IMG/VR virus record: IMGVR_UViG_3300045988_081376
Direction: 5' to 3' (one strand)
Origin: a virus
Length of the DNA: 64,000 nucleotides
A program made the translations under genes and the position numbers. The notes below the pieces were generated by a model. That model ran no database searches and had not been told where the DNA came from. It saw nothing but the letters and a program-made list of their open reading frames with translations. This document shows, one piece after another, positions 30,841 to 38,639 of this stretch. How positions within the stretch are numbered: position 1 is the stretch's first letter; each line of letters starts with the position of its first letter.

Positions 30841-31055
30841 TGCCGAACCTGAAAGCCAACGTGATCCCCCGCCTTTATATCGTCCGCGCCGCCAGCCCCA
30901 AGAATCCCGCCCTTGTCTATATGGATATGGTCGAGGCGGAATCGCCGCAGAAGGCGAAAATGCTCTCCAAATTTTACGGCGATCCCAAACTCACCATTCT
31001 GAGCGCCGACCCCGCGCCGGCAGAAAGCGAATCAGGTGCTTCCCATGCAGAGTGA
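30840..31055 (+). CDS. Hypothetical protein
   Basis: MPNLKANVIPRLYIVRAASPKNPALVYMDMVEAESPQKAKMLSKFYGDPKL... ggagg RBS. TAATG overlap with the upstream stop. Confidence 0.6.
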   Translation: MPNLKANVIPRLYIVRAASPKNPALVYMDMVEAESPQKAKMLSKFYGDPKLTILSADPAPAESESGASHAE

Positions 31056-31341
31056 AGTCGAGCAGATGAAGCGCCTTGCCGACAATATCTGGAAGTACAT
31101 CGAGCCGAAGGTCGATAAGAAGATCGAGCCATATTTCAAGGTCATCCGCGCTACCGTCACCTCCGCCGCATCCGGCGGTCTGATGGGCGTGCAGTTTCCC
31201 TTCGATGAATCCCCGATCTCCATTCCCTATGTCACCTCCATGGCGTCCTCGAGAGTGGGCGACAGCGTATGGGTCGCCATCCCCTATTCGAAGATGCAGA
31301 ACGCCTTCGTTATCGCCTCTTCCCTCTTCAAGAATCTGTGA
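31045..31341 (+). CDS. Hypothetical protein
   Basis: MQSEVEQMKRLADNIWKYIEPKVDKKIEPYFKVIRATVTS... Start is ATG 31045 or GTG 31036. Confidence 0.55.
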   Translation: MQSEVEQMKRLADNIWKYIEPKVDKKIEPYFKVIRATVTSAASGGLMGVQFPFDESPISIPYVTSMASSRVGDSVWVAIPYSKMQNAFVIASSLFKNL

Positions 31342-31442
31342 AATTGAGAAGACCATTTCCCCGACTCGGGAAAATGGTCTTCTTGACTTTATCTGCCGAA
31401 GCATCCTATAATTGCCCTATCATCTACAGGAGGGAAAACAAT

Positions 31443-32024
31443 ATGGCTCTGATTCAATGCACCGAATGCGGCCACACCGTCAGTGACCGCGCGGAAATCT
31501 GCCCCGGCTGTGGCTGCCCGGTCAAGCTCATCTTGCAGGATATTGAGCAGCAAAAAGCCGAAGCCGCCGCAAGCCTCGAGGAAAAGCGTTCCGCCGCCGA
31601 AGAGAAGCGCGAGCGCGATGGCTGCATCTTTGACATCTCAGATGTTTACGCCCCCGGCGGCGTCAAGCTAAGCTGCCACTTCTGCGGCGGCTCTGCCACC
31701 GTCCCAAAGTCAGACTTTTACTCGGCGACTTCCAACTGCTGCACGCCGAAATGTGAGATCAAATGTCCCTCCTGCCGCCGCACACATCGCCGCGGCGTCC
31801 CCATCTATACCGCGTCCATGCAGGAAGTCCGCGCCCCCGAGGAGGAAAAGCCGATTCTCTGCCCGCATTGCGGCTCGGGAGATTTCGACATCGTAAAGGA
31901 GGGCTTTGCCGCCGGCAAGGCTGCCGTCGGCGGCTTTCTGCTCGGCCCTCTCGGCGTTCTTGCAGGTGCGTCCGGCAGCAACAATATCCAGCGCATCTGC
32001 CGCCGCTGCGGTACGCGCTTCTGA
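31443..32024 (+). CDS. Multi-zinc-ribbon protein with C-terminal hydrophobic segment
   Basis: MALIQCTECGHTVSDRAEICPGCGCP, CHFCGG, CPSCRR, CPHCGSGDF, CRRCG. Hydrophobic GKAAVGGFLLGPLGVLAGA. ggaggg RBS. Confidence 0.65.
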   Translation: MALIQCTECGHTVSDRAEICPGCGCPVKLILQDIEQQKAEAAASLEEKRSAAEEKRERDGCIFDISDVYAPGGVKLSCHFCGGSATVPKSDFYSATSNCCTPKCEIKCPSCRRTHRRGVPIYTASMQEVRAPEEEKPILCPHCGSGDFDIVKEGFAAGKAAVGGFLLGPLGVLAGASGSNNIQRICRRCGTRF

Positions 32025-32029
32025 TAATC

Positions 32030-32058
32030 AAAAAGCCGCCCGTTTTGGGCGGCTTTTT
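32030..32058. terminator. Bidirectional intrinsic terminator
   Basis: AAAAA-GCCGCCC-GTTTT-GGGCGGC-TTTTT. Confidence 0.85.
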
Positions 32059-32359
32059 ATAATGTAGTTTTCGCTACAATTACGCATAGAATAAAAACAA
32101 ACGCAATTATTCCAAGAAACACGGTATAATCATTTGGCTTATATTCACCTCTCGGATTATATGGCCTTGGCGGTCTCTTCATTTCGAAACAGTTCCGGTG
32201 GTTTCCGTGCCTATTTCTCTGGCAAAAACTATTTTTTGCGCAATCTGCGCATCGTCTTGCGCCGTTAGGTGCAGGCGGGTGAGTCTTCTGCGCCCAATAT
32301 CGGTTGAACTCTCTTCGTGCGTTATTCCGAAATCGTTGCCCGTATTCCACAGTTTTCAC
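32057..32359 (-). CDS. Possible tail-anchored small membrane protein (weak call)
   Basis: 100-aa ORF convergent on the bidirectional terminator. C-terminal TM FLGIIAFVFILCVIVA. Weak RBS, GTG start and odd R/N-rich composition. Confidence 0.4.
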   Translation of the reverse strand: MKTVEYGQRFRNNARREFNRYWAQKTHPPAPNGARRCADCAKNSFCQRNRHGNHRNCFEMKRPPRPYNPRGEYKPNDYTVFLGIIAFVFILCVIVAKTTL

Positions 32360-32396
32360 CCTTTCATTTTTTGCATTTTAATTTTGATATTTTCGC

Positions 32397-32425
32397 TTGA
32401 CATTGTGGCTAACAACATCTATAAT
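32397..32425 (+). promoter_or_regulatory. Consensus sigma-70 promoter
   Basis: TTGACA (32397-32402), 17-nt spacer, TATAAT (32420-32425). Confidence 0.75.
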
Positions 32426-32457
32426 GTAGTTAACCACCAGAAAGGAGGTTTTAACGG

Positions 32458-32634
32458 GTGGAACAAAAAAGCCGTGCCGAGTATTATCGAGAGCGACGAA
32501 AGAAATTAAAACAACTTGTTTTTATGGTCGATAAGGAAAAAGCCGAGAAACTCGACAAAATCCTTTCCGATCGTGAAGAGAGTAGAATCGAATGGTTTCG
32601 CCGCAAACTTGATGAAGAAATCGGAGATAAATAA
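32458..32634 (+). CDS. Small RHH/CopG-like protein (58 aa, below ORF-track cutoff)
   Basis: Own translation from GTG 32458, 8 nt after aaaggagg: MEQKSRAEYYRERRKKLKQLVFMVDKEKAEKLDKILSDREESRIEWFRRKLDEEIGDK. Confidence 0.55.
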   Translation: MEQKSRAEYYRERRKKLKQLVFMVDKEKAEKLDKILSDREESRIEWFRRKLDEEIGDK

Positions 32635-32766
32635 AGAAATGGCCCCCTCTTTGAGCTTTAGTTTGCAGACCTAACGCAAAGAAGGAGCCTCCCAGAGGAA
32701 ACCTCATGGTAAATTTATTATACTGCGTCGAATTTCCTCTGTCAAATTGAATTTGTGGAGGACTTT

Positions 32767-33579
32767 ATGAACGAATTGACTATCATTAACAACACGCAGG
32801 TTCTCGTCAAGGAATTCTCCGGCCAGCGCGTCGTCACCTTCAAGGAGATCGACGCCGTGCATGGCAGACCGGACGGGACAGCCCGCAAGCGGTTCAATGA
32901 CAACCGCGAACACTTTATCGAGGGCGAAGATTTCTTCAAAATAACGCCGTCCGAATTTCGGACGGCGATCGGAGAGATGGATGCCCGCCAGCAGAATGAC
33001 GTCACCCTCATCACAGAATCCGGCTATCTCATGCTGGTAAAATCCTTTACCGACGATCTCGCGTGGAAAGTCCAGCGCGAACTTGTCAACGGATATTTCC
33101 GAGCCAAGGCGGCCAACTCTCAGTTTGCTTCCCTCTCTCCCCAGCTTCAGGCTCTTATCAGTATTGAGATGCGCCAGCAGGAGCAGGAGCGCCGTATGGA
33201 CGAGCTTTCCAGCCGCTTCGAGCAGAACGCAAAGCGCATGGACAATCTCGCCGCCGCTTGGTCTGCCCCGCTTGCATCGGGAGACAACTGGCAGGAATCC
33301 GCCAACCGCGCGATCAATGCCATCGTGCAGCATTTCGGACTCAATCACCAGAAATTCCGCCACGACATTTACGAGGAACTGGAGCGCGCCGCGGGCGCAG
33401 ACCTCCAGCAGCGTCTCACCCGCCTGCAAAACAGAATGGCGGCATCCGGAGCCACGGCCACGCAGCGCAGAGCTGTCAATAAACTCACCATCGTTTCGCA
33501 GGATCGGAAACTGCGCGCCATCTTTGAAAGCATCCTGCGCTGCCGCGTCACCGAACTGAACGCAGCGCGCATCGACTGA
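32767..33579 (+). CDS. Antirepressor (ORF6N/KilA-N-like N domain plus ORF6C-like C domain)
   Basis: MNELTIINNTQVLVKEFSGQRVVTFKEIDAVHGRPDGTARKRFNDNREHFIEGEDFF..ITESGYLMLVKSF. The C domain (DNWQESANRAINAIVQHFGLNHQKFRHDIYEELER) is homologous to that of 7631-8401. Confidence 0.8.
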   Translation: MNELTIINNTQVLVKEFSGQRVVTFKEIDAVHGRPDGTARKRFNDNREHFIEGEDFFKITPSEFRTAIGEMDARQQNDVTLITESGYLMLVKSFTDDLAWKVQRELVNGYFRAKAANSQFASLSPQLQALISIEMRQQEQERRMDELSSRFEQNAKRMDNLAAAWSAPLASGDNWQESANRAINAIVQHFGLNHQKFRHDIYEELERAAGADLQQRLTRLQNRMAASGATATQRRAVNKLTIVSQDRKLRAIFESILRCRVTELNAARID

Positions 33580-33605
33580 ATTTGAGTTTATAAGGAGAAA
33601 ATACT

Positions 33606-33821
33606 ATGTTTACGGTAAAAAGTCTTGCAAATAGCATTGAGTTTGGCGGCGGTGTTGCCGAAAAAGTTTACCTCGCCAGCGGCGGCTCTGCAAGCGAGCT
33701 GAATACGCTCGACCCTCTGGCAATGGCCGCGTATGGTGATTTTGTCGTCGATTACATTCATGTTTCCGAATGTGGCGTTGAGCTGGTGCTGAAACAGGAT
33801 TTTGTCAAGGCTGGGGCATAA
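33606..33821 (+). CDS. Small hypothetical protein, paralog of 22874-23092
   Basis: MFTVKSLANSIEFGGGVAEKVYLASGGSASELNTLDPLAMAAYGDFVVDYIHVSECGVELVLKQDFVKAGA. aaggag RBS. Immediately upstream of the recombinase. Confidence 0.7.
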   Translation: MFTVKSLANSIEFGGGVAEKVYLASGGSASELNTLDPLAMAAYGDFVVDYIHVSECGVELVLKQDFVKAGA

Positions 33822-33871
33822 CGCCCCGGCCAATCCAGCCCGTCCCCACCCCCGCTTGAAAGGAGCCGACC

Positions 33872-34876
33872 ATGCCCGTCACCTCTGCCGCCGAGCGGCG
33901 TTTTCTCAAGAGTTCCGACCTCTGGCTGCGCAACTGCCAGTCTACCGGCATCGCGCCCAAAACGCTGACCGACTACTCCCATATCATTACCTCGTTCTAT
34001 GATTTTTTCGTGTCCTCCGATCTCTTTCGTGATGACCCGACCTTTACCACCATTCAGGCGTATCGGGACGCGCTGTTAGATCGTGGCTGTGCCGTCCGCA
34101 CGGTGCATCAGCATCTGGTCGTCCTGCGCGCGTTCTTTACCTTTGCCAGCTCTCCCGACCTTGGCGGCGAGCAGTTCTATTCGTCAAATCCCGTCTCCCT
34201 GATGCTCTTCCCCGCCATGCGGAAGATCGACGCCCGCCCCTACGATCTCCTGCTCACCGATGAACAGGTCATGCACCTCTGGCGCAATACCCCCGTTGTC
34301 ACCACGCACCCGGAGAACTGGCCGCGCAATTACGCCATTGTCGTTTTGCTTCTCTCTACCGAGCTGCGCAATTCCGAGCTGCGCACCCTCTCGCTTGCCG
34401 ACCTCGATTTCCAGTCCGAGCAGATCACTGTTGACCACGGAAAGGGCGATAAATTTCGCACGGTCGATTTCCCCCTCATCGCGCAGACCGCCGTCCGCGC
34501 CTATCTCGCCTCCGGCATCCGCCCGCAGGATGTGCCCGCGTCCGCGCCCCTTTTCGGCACCATGCGTTCCGGCGCGTGGAGGGTCGGCACGCAGCAGTGG
34601 CTTTCCGGCGTGGTCGAGCGGCACGTCTTCGCCGTCACCGGCGTTCACAATATCCGCTCGCATGATCTGCGCCATGTCGGCGCTCGTATCGACCTGAACT
34701 CCGGCATGGACCATTACGCCCTGCAAGCAAAGCTTGGGCACGCAAACCCGCAGACCACGCAGATTTATTCCGGCAAGCTTATGGCGCGTGCCGGACGCGG
34801 CAGCGCGAGGAGAGTCATCGCCGAGCGCGACTATCAGGCGCAGCGCAATCTTGACCGCCTCGCCGCCGCAAATTGA
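33872..34876 (+). CDS. Tyrosine recombinase (XerC/XerD-like integrase), second in window
   Basis: 334 aa. LLLSTELRNSELRTLSLADLD (R box), IRSHDLRHVGARIDLNSG, LGHANPQTTQIYSG (H-x-x-R...Y). aaaggag RBS. Confidence 0.9.
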   Translation: MPVTSAAERRFLKSSDLWLRNCQSTGIAPKTLTDYSHIITSFYDFFVSSDLFRDDPTFTTIQAYRDALLDRGCAVRTVHQHLVVLRAFFTFASSPDLGGEQFYSSNPVSLMLFPAMRKIDARPYDLLLTDEQVMHLWRNTPVVTTHPENWPRNYAIVVLLLSTELRNSELRTLSLADLDFQSEQITVDHGKGDKFRTVDFPLIAQTAVRAYLASGIRPQDVPASAPLFGTMRSGAWRVGTQQWLSGVVERHVFAVTGVHNIRSHDLRHVGARIDLNSGMDHYALQAKLGHANPQTTQIYSGKLMARAGRGSARRVIAERDYQAQRNLDRLAAAN

Positions 34877-34891
34877 CAAAATTGCAAACGA

Positions 34892-34927
34892 AACGCACGG
34901 AAGATCGTCCTCCGTGCGTTTCTTGTT
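34892..34927. terminator. Bidirectional terminator between the recombinase and the lysis cassette
   Basis: 10-bp stem AACGCACGGA/TCCGTGCGTT (34892-34920), followed by TCTTGTTT. The opposite side is also T-rich. Confidence 0.75.
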
Positions 34928-34938
34928 TAAAATCTTGC

Positions 34939-35313
34939 TTAAATCGGCGGGCTGTTTTCGCTGATGTCGTCCGCTTCGGAAAATCCGCAGGCTTTGGCGG
35001 CGGCGTATACAATGCCCTCTCCGTCCGCGCCGGTGTTTTCCTCCATGTTCTTTTTCACCACGCGCCCCAGAACCGCTCCAAGCGCCGTGCCGATCGGCGT
35101 AAAAACCACCGTGTAGCACGCCAGCGCCCCCGTATATCTCGCCTCGATGCTCCACTTGGCGAGCAGAAACCCTCCTGCAAGCCCTGCGGCGAGCAGTGCG
35201 ACGAGATAGAGGGCGAGCCTATTGGTGAACCCGAGCGACTTTAGGTGCGCTCTCAGCGCGTCTGAGTGGCTTTTGCAGCGGTTTCTTCTTTTGCCCCTCA
35301 TATCGCCCTGCAT
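34939..35313 (-). CDS. Two-TM membrane protein at the distal end of the lysis cassette
   Basis: 124 aa. Basic N-terminus, TM1 LALYLVALLAAGLAGGFLLA, TM2 GALACYTVVFTPIGTALGAVLG. 4 nt downstream of the endolysin stop. Confidence 0.65.
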   Translation of the reverse strand: MQGDMRGKRRNRCKSHSDALRAHLKSLGFTNRLALYLVALLAAGLAGGFLLAKWSIEARYTGALACYTVVFTPIGTALGAVLGRVVKKNMEENTGADGEGIVYAAAKACGFSEADDISENSPPI

Positions 35314-35316
35314 GGC

Positions 35317-35982
35317 TTACGCCTTTCCCATCAGCTTGGCAAAGCGGTACAGCAGCGTCGCCATCTGCTCGCGCGTCAGCAGGTCTTCCCACATATAGTT
35401 GGGCTGCCCGTCAGGCAGCGGCGTACCGCCCGTGACGATCCCGTTTTTCACGGCCCACTCGCGCGCCTCCTTGCTCCACTTGGAACTGTCGTTGTCTTGC
35501 AGCTCCGCTCGGTATTCACGCATCATCTCCTTGAACTTCTGAATGTCCATCTCGTCATCCTCCTCGTATCGCGGCATCGTGGGTGGCAGCTTGCCCGCGC
35601 GCACCATCGTGCCGCTGTATTTTTTGTGCTCGTCCCATTGGAAATGCGGCCGGTCGGGAAATCCCTTCCAGTCCCCGCCCCATGTAAAGCCCATTCGCTT
35701 GCCGATCTTCGCGCACTGGGCAAAGAAATCGAGATCGTCGTATTCGTGCCCGCGCACATTCTTGCAGATGTCGAACGCAAGCCCCTGCCCGTGGAACGTT
35801 GTATACGGCGTTTTGGCGTAGCCTTTCTGGTAGAGCGTCTTCTGGTAAGCGTCGTCGCGCATCGTCTGCGTGATCTTCACATTCAGCCCTTCCGCCCTGC
35901 ACAGCGCAACAAAGATCGTCGCGTTTTGTGCCACATCCGGCCGCAGGTCGCTGATTTTGCTCGAGTTAACCATTTTCCTCAC
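35317..35982 (-). CDS. Endolysin: peptidase M15 (VanY-like D-Ala-D-Ala carboxypeptidase) with C-terminal SLH-like wall-binding domain
   Basis: FHGQGLAFDI and GFTWGGDWKGFPDRPHFQW (M15 metal ligands). C-term AREWAVKNGIVTGG..LTREQMATLLYRF. Start is GTG 35982 or ATG 35973, overlapping the holin 3' end. Confidence 0.85.
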   Translation of the reverse strand: MRKMVNSSKISDLRPDVAQNATIFVALCRAEGLNVKITQTMRDDAYQKTLYQKGYAKTPYTTFHGQGLAFDICKNVRGHEYDDLDFFAQCAKIGKRMGFTWGGDWKGFPDRPHFQWDEHKKYSGTMVRAGKLPPTMPRYEEDDEMDIQKFKEMMREYRAELQDNDSSKWSKEAREWAVKNGIVTGGTPLPDGQPNYMWEDLLTREQMATLLYRFAKLMGKA

Positions 35983-36169
35983 CCTTCGCGCTGCCTGCCG
36001 CGTTCTGCGTTCCGAAATAGAACGCGATCACCATGAGGTACACGGTGTTGAATTCCTGTGTCACCTTCGTCTGTACCGTCAGCACGCAGAAGGTCGCCGT
36101 CAGCGCAATGGTCACGAGCGACTTCACGCTCAAAAGGTTCGCCACTCTCTTCGTCAATACTTCTTTCAT
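35966..36169 (-). CDS. Holin
   Basis: 67 aa, two hydrophobic helices (SLVTIALTATFCVLTV; VYLMVIAFYFG) and a charged C-terminus. Directly upstream of the endolysin. Confidence 0.75.
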   Translation of the reverse strand: MKEVLTKRVANLLSVKSLVTIALTATFCVLTVQTKVTQEFNTVYLMVIAFYFGTQNAAGSAKGEENG

Positions 36170-36198
36170 TTGAATTTCTCCTTTTATTGCAAAGGTTT

Positions 36199-36972
36199 TT
36201 AAGTTTCTGCAACCACAATGTAATTATATAGCAGCTTGTCAAAACAACTCCAAGCAGATGTCCATCCCACCTGTATAGACCCAACTTGCGGGGTGATGAA
36301 AAAATTTTGGGAGACTGTTGAAATAACGTTGTAATTATCATTAAGGAAATGAACTTCTGATGTGCTAACGAATTGGTCATAAATCCAAAGAAGAGTAACC
36401 GGCAATGAAGTCTGGCCTGAAACAACGTTTACGCTCCAGATAATGATCGCTTTTAATTTATCGGGTGCTATAAAATCACCGGGGGTTGGGATTGATAAAG
36501 ATTGGGTAATAGACTTATTATCGATCGTTCCGAAAAGCGCTTTATAAGCCCCGTCTCCGACAAAATTCCCCAATACATCGAAAATGGAGACACCCTTTCT
36601 GATATTTCCGGGGACTAAGTTCCCATCTCCCTTCACAGTTATCAGTCCTGTGGCGTAAGTGCCTTCCAGCATAGCCACCTGATCTGTGGTTCCCGGGACA
36701 ATCGTTCTCCCCGCCCTTGTGCTCATCTGTAGGGTTCTGCTGTCTCCCTCGTTCAGGTAGCCGCCCTTTTCGATTTTTGATGTGATGAGTCCACCCGAAG
36801 AGACAGTCGGCGCGGCCAGCGTTCCGCCCGGCATGGGGTTCACCGTCACCTTACTCAGTCCATTATTCCCGCTGTCCGGCGTCACGATCTGCTGCTCCGT
36901 GCTCGGCGTCACGATCTTGCTTTGCAGCTTCAGCGATGCACCGCCGCCCCCGCCATAAACTTCAACGCTCAT
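36199..36972 (-). CDS. Tail fibre / receptor-binding protein
   Basis: MSVEVYGGGGGASLKLQSKIVTPSTEQQIVTPDSGNNGLSKVTVNPMP shares LS(K/Q)VTVNP(M/I)P with 52591-53184. ATG at 36972 overlaps the upstream stop (ATGA). The C-terminal half is markedly lower in GC. Confidence 0.65.
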   Translation of the reverse strand: MSVEVYGGGGGASLKLQSKIVTPSTEQQIVTPDSGNNGLSKVTVNPMPGGTLAAPTVSSGGLITSKIEKGGYLNEGDSRTLQMSTRAGRTIVPGTTDQVAMLEGTYATGLITVKGDGNLVPGNIRKGVSIFDVLGNFVGDGAYKALFGTIDNKSITQSLSIPTPGDFIAPDKLKAIIIWSVNVVSGQTSLPVTLLWIYDQFVSTSEVHFLNDNYNVISTVSQNFFITPQVGSIQVGWTSAWSCFDKLLYNYIVVAET

Positions 36973-37328
36973 TTTCTCACCGCCTTTACAATGAGCGGAA
37001 TGTTGACCAACGGCTGATCCCCGAGCGCCGTTACAACGTTGCTGGTCGGGCTTCCGCAAATCTTCGCCGCCGCAAATGCGTCATATTGCGCCGAGGTTGC
37101 GGTCGGCGCCACGCTGATGACGATATCCCACGAAGCGCTCGGGTAGGCGGCTTCAAAACTGTACGTTTTCGTTCTCCACCCGGCGGCAGTCATCGTCACG
37201 TTGTCATAGCGCGTGCTGTCCGCCTTTTCCAGCGTGCTGCTCATGGCGTTCAGCTCGTTCGCGTCAATGTCCGGCGCGCTGCCGTTCTGCCATCCCGGAT
37301 TCTTGTACTTTCCTTCCACAATAGGCAT
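36969..37328 (-). CDS. Hypothetical tail/baseplate-associated protein
   Basis: 119-aa ORF between the baseplate protein and the fibre. Confidence 0.6.
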   Translation of the reverse strand: MPIVEGKYKNPGWQNGSAPDIDANELNAMSSTLEKADSTRYDNVTMTAAGWRTKTYSFEAAYPSASWDIVISVAPTATSAQYDAFAAAKICGSPTSNVVTALGDQPLVNIPLIVKAVRK

Positions 37329-37346
37329 TGTTCATTCCCCCTTTTT

Positions 37347-38621
37347 TCATGTCGGCCACTTGGTCAGCGTGGCGATTGGAAAGTCGTTCGTGCTCACTGC
37401 GTTGATGGTCATCTGCCCCGTCGCGCCCAGCGGACGGGAAAAACCCATGATAAGATGCCGCTCCACCGGCGACCCCGGCTTGTCGCTCCGCACGATCTCC
37501 ACCAGCTCGTTTTCGTTCAGGTGGAACATTTGGCTGCACTGGATGCTCACGCTCTTTTGCAGCACCGTCGCGCGCTTGAGCTTCCATGCCGCGAGGTCTT
37601 GGCATTGCTGCACGGTGTAGTATCCGCTTGCGCTCTCTCGCTTGGTCTTTCGCCCGATGCTCGAGTAAATGTTCGTGTCGCTCTGCGGGTCCATGTTTGT
37701 CGCCCGTCCGGCGATCTGCGCGCCGCTGTCCAGCGCCTCGCCGACGATGATATAGTCGTTGTAGACCTCGGTGTTCTTCACCGTGTAGGTCGCGCCGAGA
37801 AACTGGACTTCCTCCTGCGAGAATTGCCACTGTACCGGCTTGCTCGTGTCCACAATGTCGTCCTGCGATGGGTCGAGCCGCAGCGCGCCGACCTGATCGT
37901 AGCCGATCCATGCGTTCACCATTCCCGCGCAGCCCAGCGCCACGTCTGCCATCGTTCCGCTTTCGCTGTCGATGCGCAGGGTGTACGGCGCGTTTGTGAG
38001 CAGTGCCGTGCCGCCGCCCGGCAGCGCCTGCGATTTGCCGTTGTAATATTCGGTGAATACGGGCGGCACGGGGTCGAGCTGGTATCCGTTCCCGCGGTCG
38101 AGCTTCAGCAGCGCCGAGATCGGCGCGTAGATGTTCGTCCCGGCCTTGACCTCGTAGATGCTTTCCAGATTCCCGAAAAGCGTCCCGTCCAGATTTGCCC
38201 ACTTGTCCACAAGGTTGTAGTGCGCCGTCCGGCTTTTTGGCATCAGCTCTTCGTCCGGCGTTTCGATCAGGAAAACGCCCTGCTGGATGTAATACTCCGA
38301 TCCGTCCGAAAGGATCAGCCCCTCATCGATGGCGATCTGCGTCCCGAACCACACGCCGTTTACGTTGTAGTCAAACGCGTGGTCCAGGTTCGAGAGCGTC
38401 ACGTCTGCCGACCTGCGCCGCCCGTTCTGAAGGTTTACCGTGATACTCCCCCCTTGCAGGAATGCGCCGTTCCTGCGCCCCAGGGGGTTGTTGTCGATAG
38501 CAAATGCCGTCGAGCCGTCCGGCTGCAAAAACCGCAGACGCGCAAGCTTGATGTAAGGCTTTCTCAGCATCTTCATGTAGTCGTTCAAACGCTCTGCGTG
38601 CGTTGTTAACTGTGTAGGCAT
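37347..38621 (-). CDS. Tail-tip/baseplate structural protein (siphovirus tail component-like)
   Basis: From MPTQLTTHAERLNDYMKMLRKPYIKLARLRFLQPDGSTAF. GGAGG lies ~10 nt before 38621. Located two genes downstream of the tape-measure gene. Confidence 0.6.
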   Translation of the reverse strand: MPTQLTTHAERLNDYMKMLRKPYIKLARLRFLQPDGSTAFAIDNNPLGRRNGAFLQGGSITVNLQNGRRRSADVTLSNLDHAFDYNVNGVWFGTQIAIDEGLILSDGSEYYIQQGVFLIETPDEELMPKSRTAHYNLVDKWANLDGTLFGNLESIYEVKAGTNIYAPISALLKLDRGNGYQLDPVPPVFTEYYNGKSQALPGGGTALLTNAPYTLRIDSESGTMADVALGCAGMVNAWIGYDQVGALRLDPSQDDIVDTSKPVQWQFSQEEVQFLGATYTVKNTEVYNDYIIVGEALDSGAQIAGRATNMDPQSDTNIYSSIGRKTKRESASGYYTVQQCQDLAAWKLKRATVLQKSVSIQCSQMFHLNENELVEIVRSDKPGSPVERHLIMGFSRPLGATGQMTINAVSTNDFPIATLTKWPT

Positions 38622-38639
38622 TTTCCTTTCCACCTCCTG

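Noticed and set aside
26400-32060. The tRNA array, HU and cysteine desulfurase as a piece of host chromosome sandwiched between two prophages.
   Set aside because: The block is interleaved with HNH and HNH-like mobile genes, one of them paralogous to genes in the early phage operon. It contains aberrant tRNAs and many tiny hypothetical ORFs. It is headed by the same 20-nt box as a phage methylase operon, and it has no att-like boundary. Phage cargo is more parsimonious, though this cannot be excluded without the flanking contig.
34925-34945. Near-match between aatcttgcttaaatcgg (after the second recombinase) and aatttgctaaatcgg (22745-22759, inside the operator array), considered as possible att-type repeats for that recombinase.
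   Set aside because: It is only ~12-15 nt and needs two indels. It is AT-rich and easily explained by chance.
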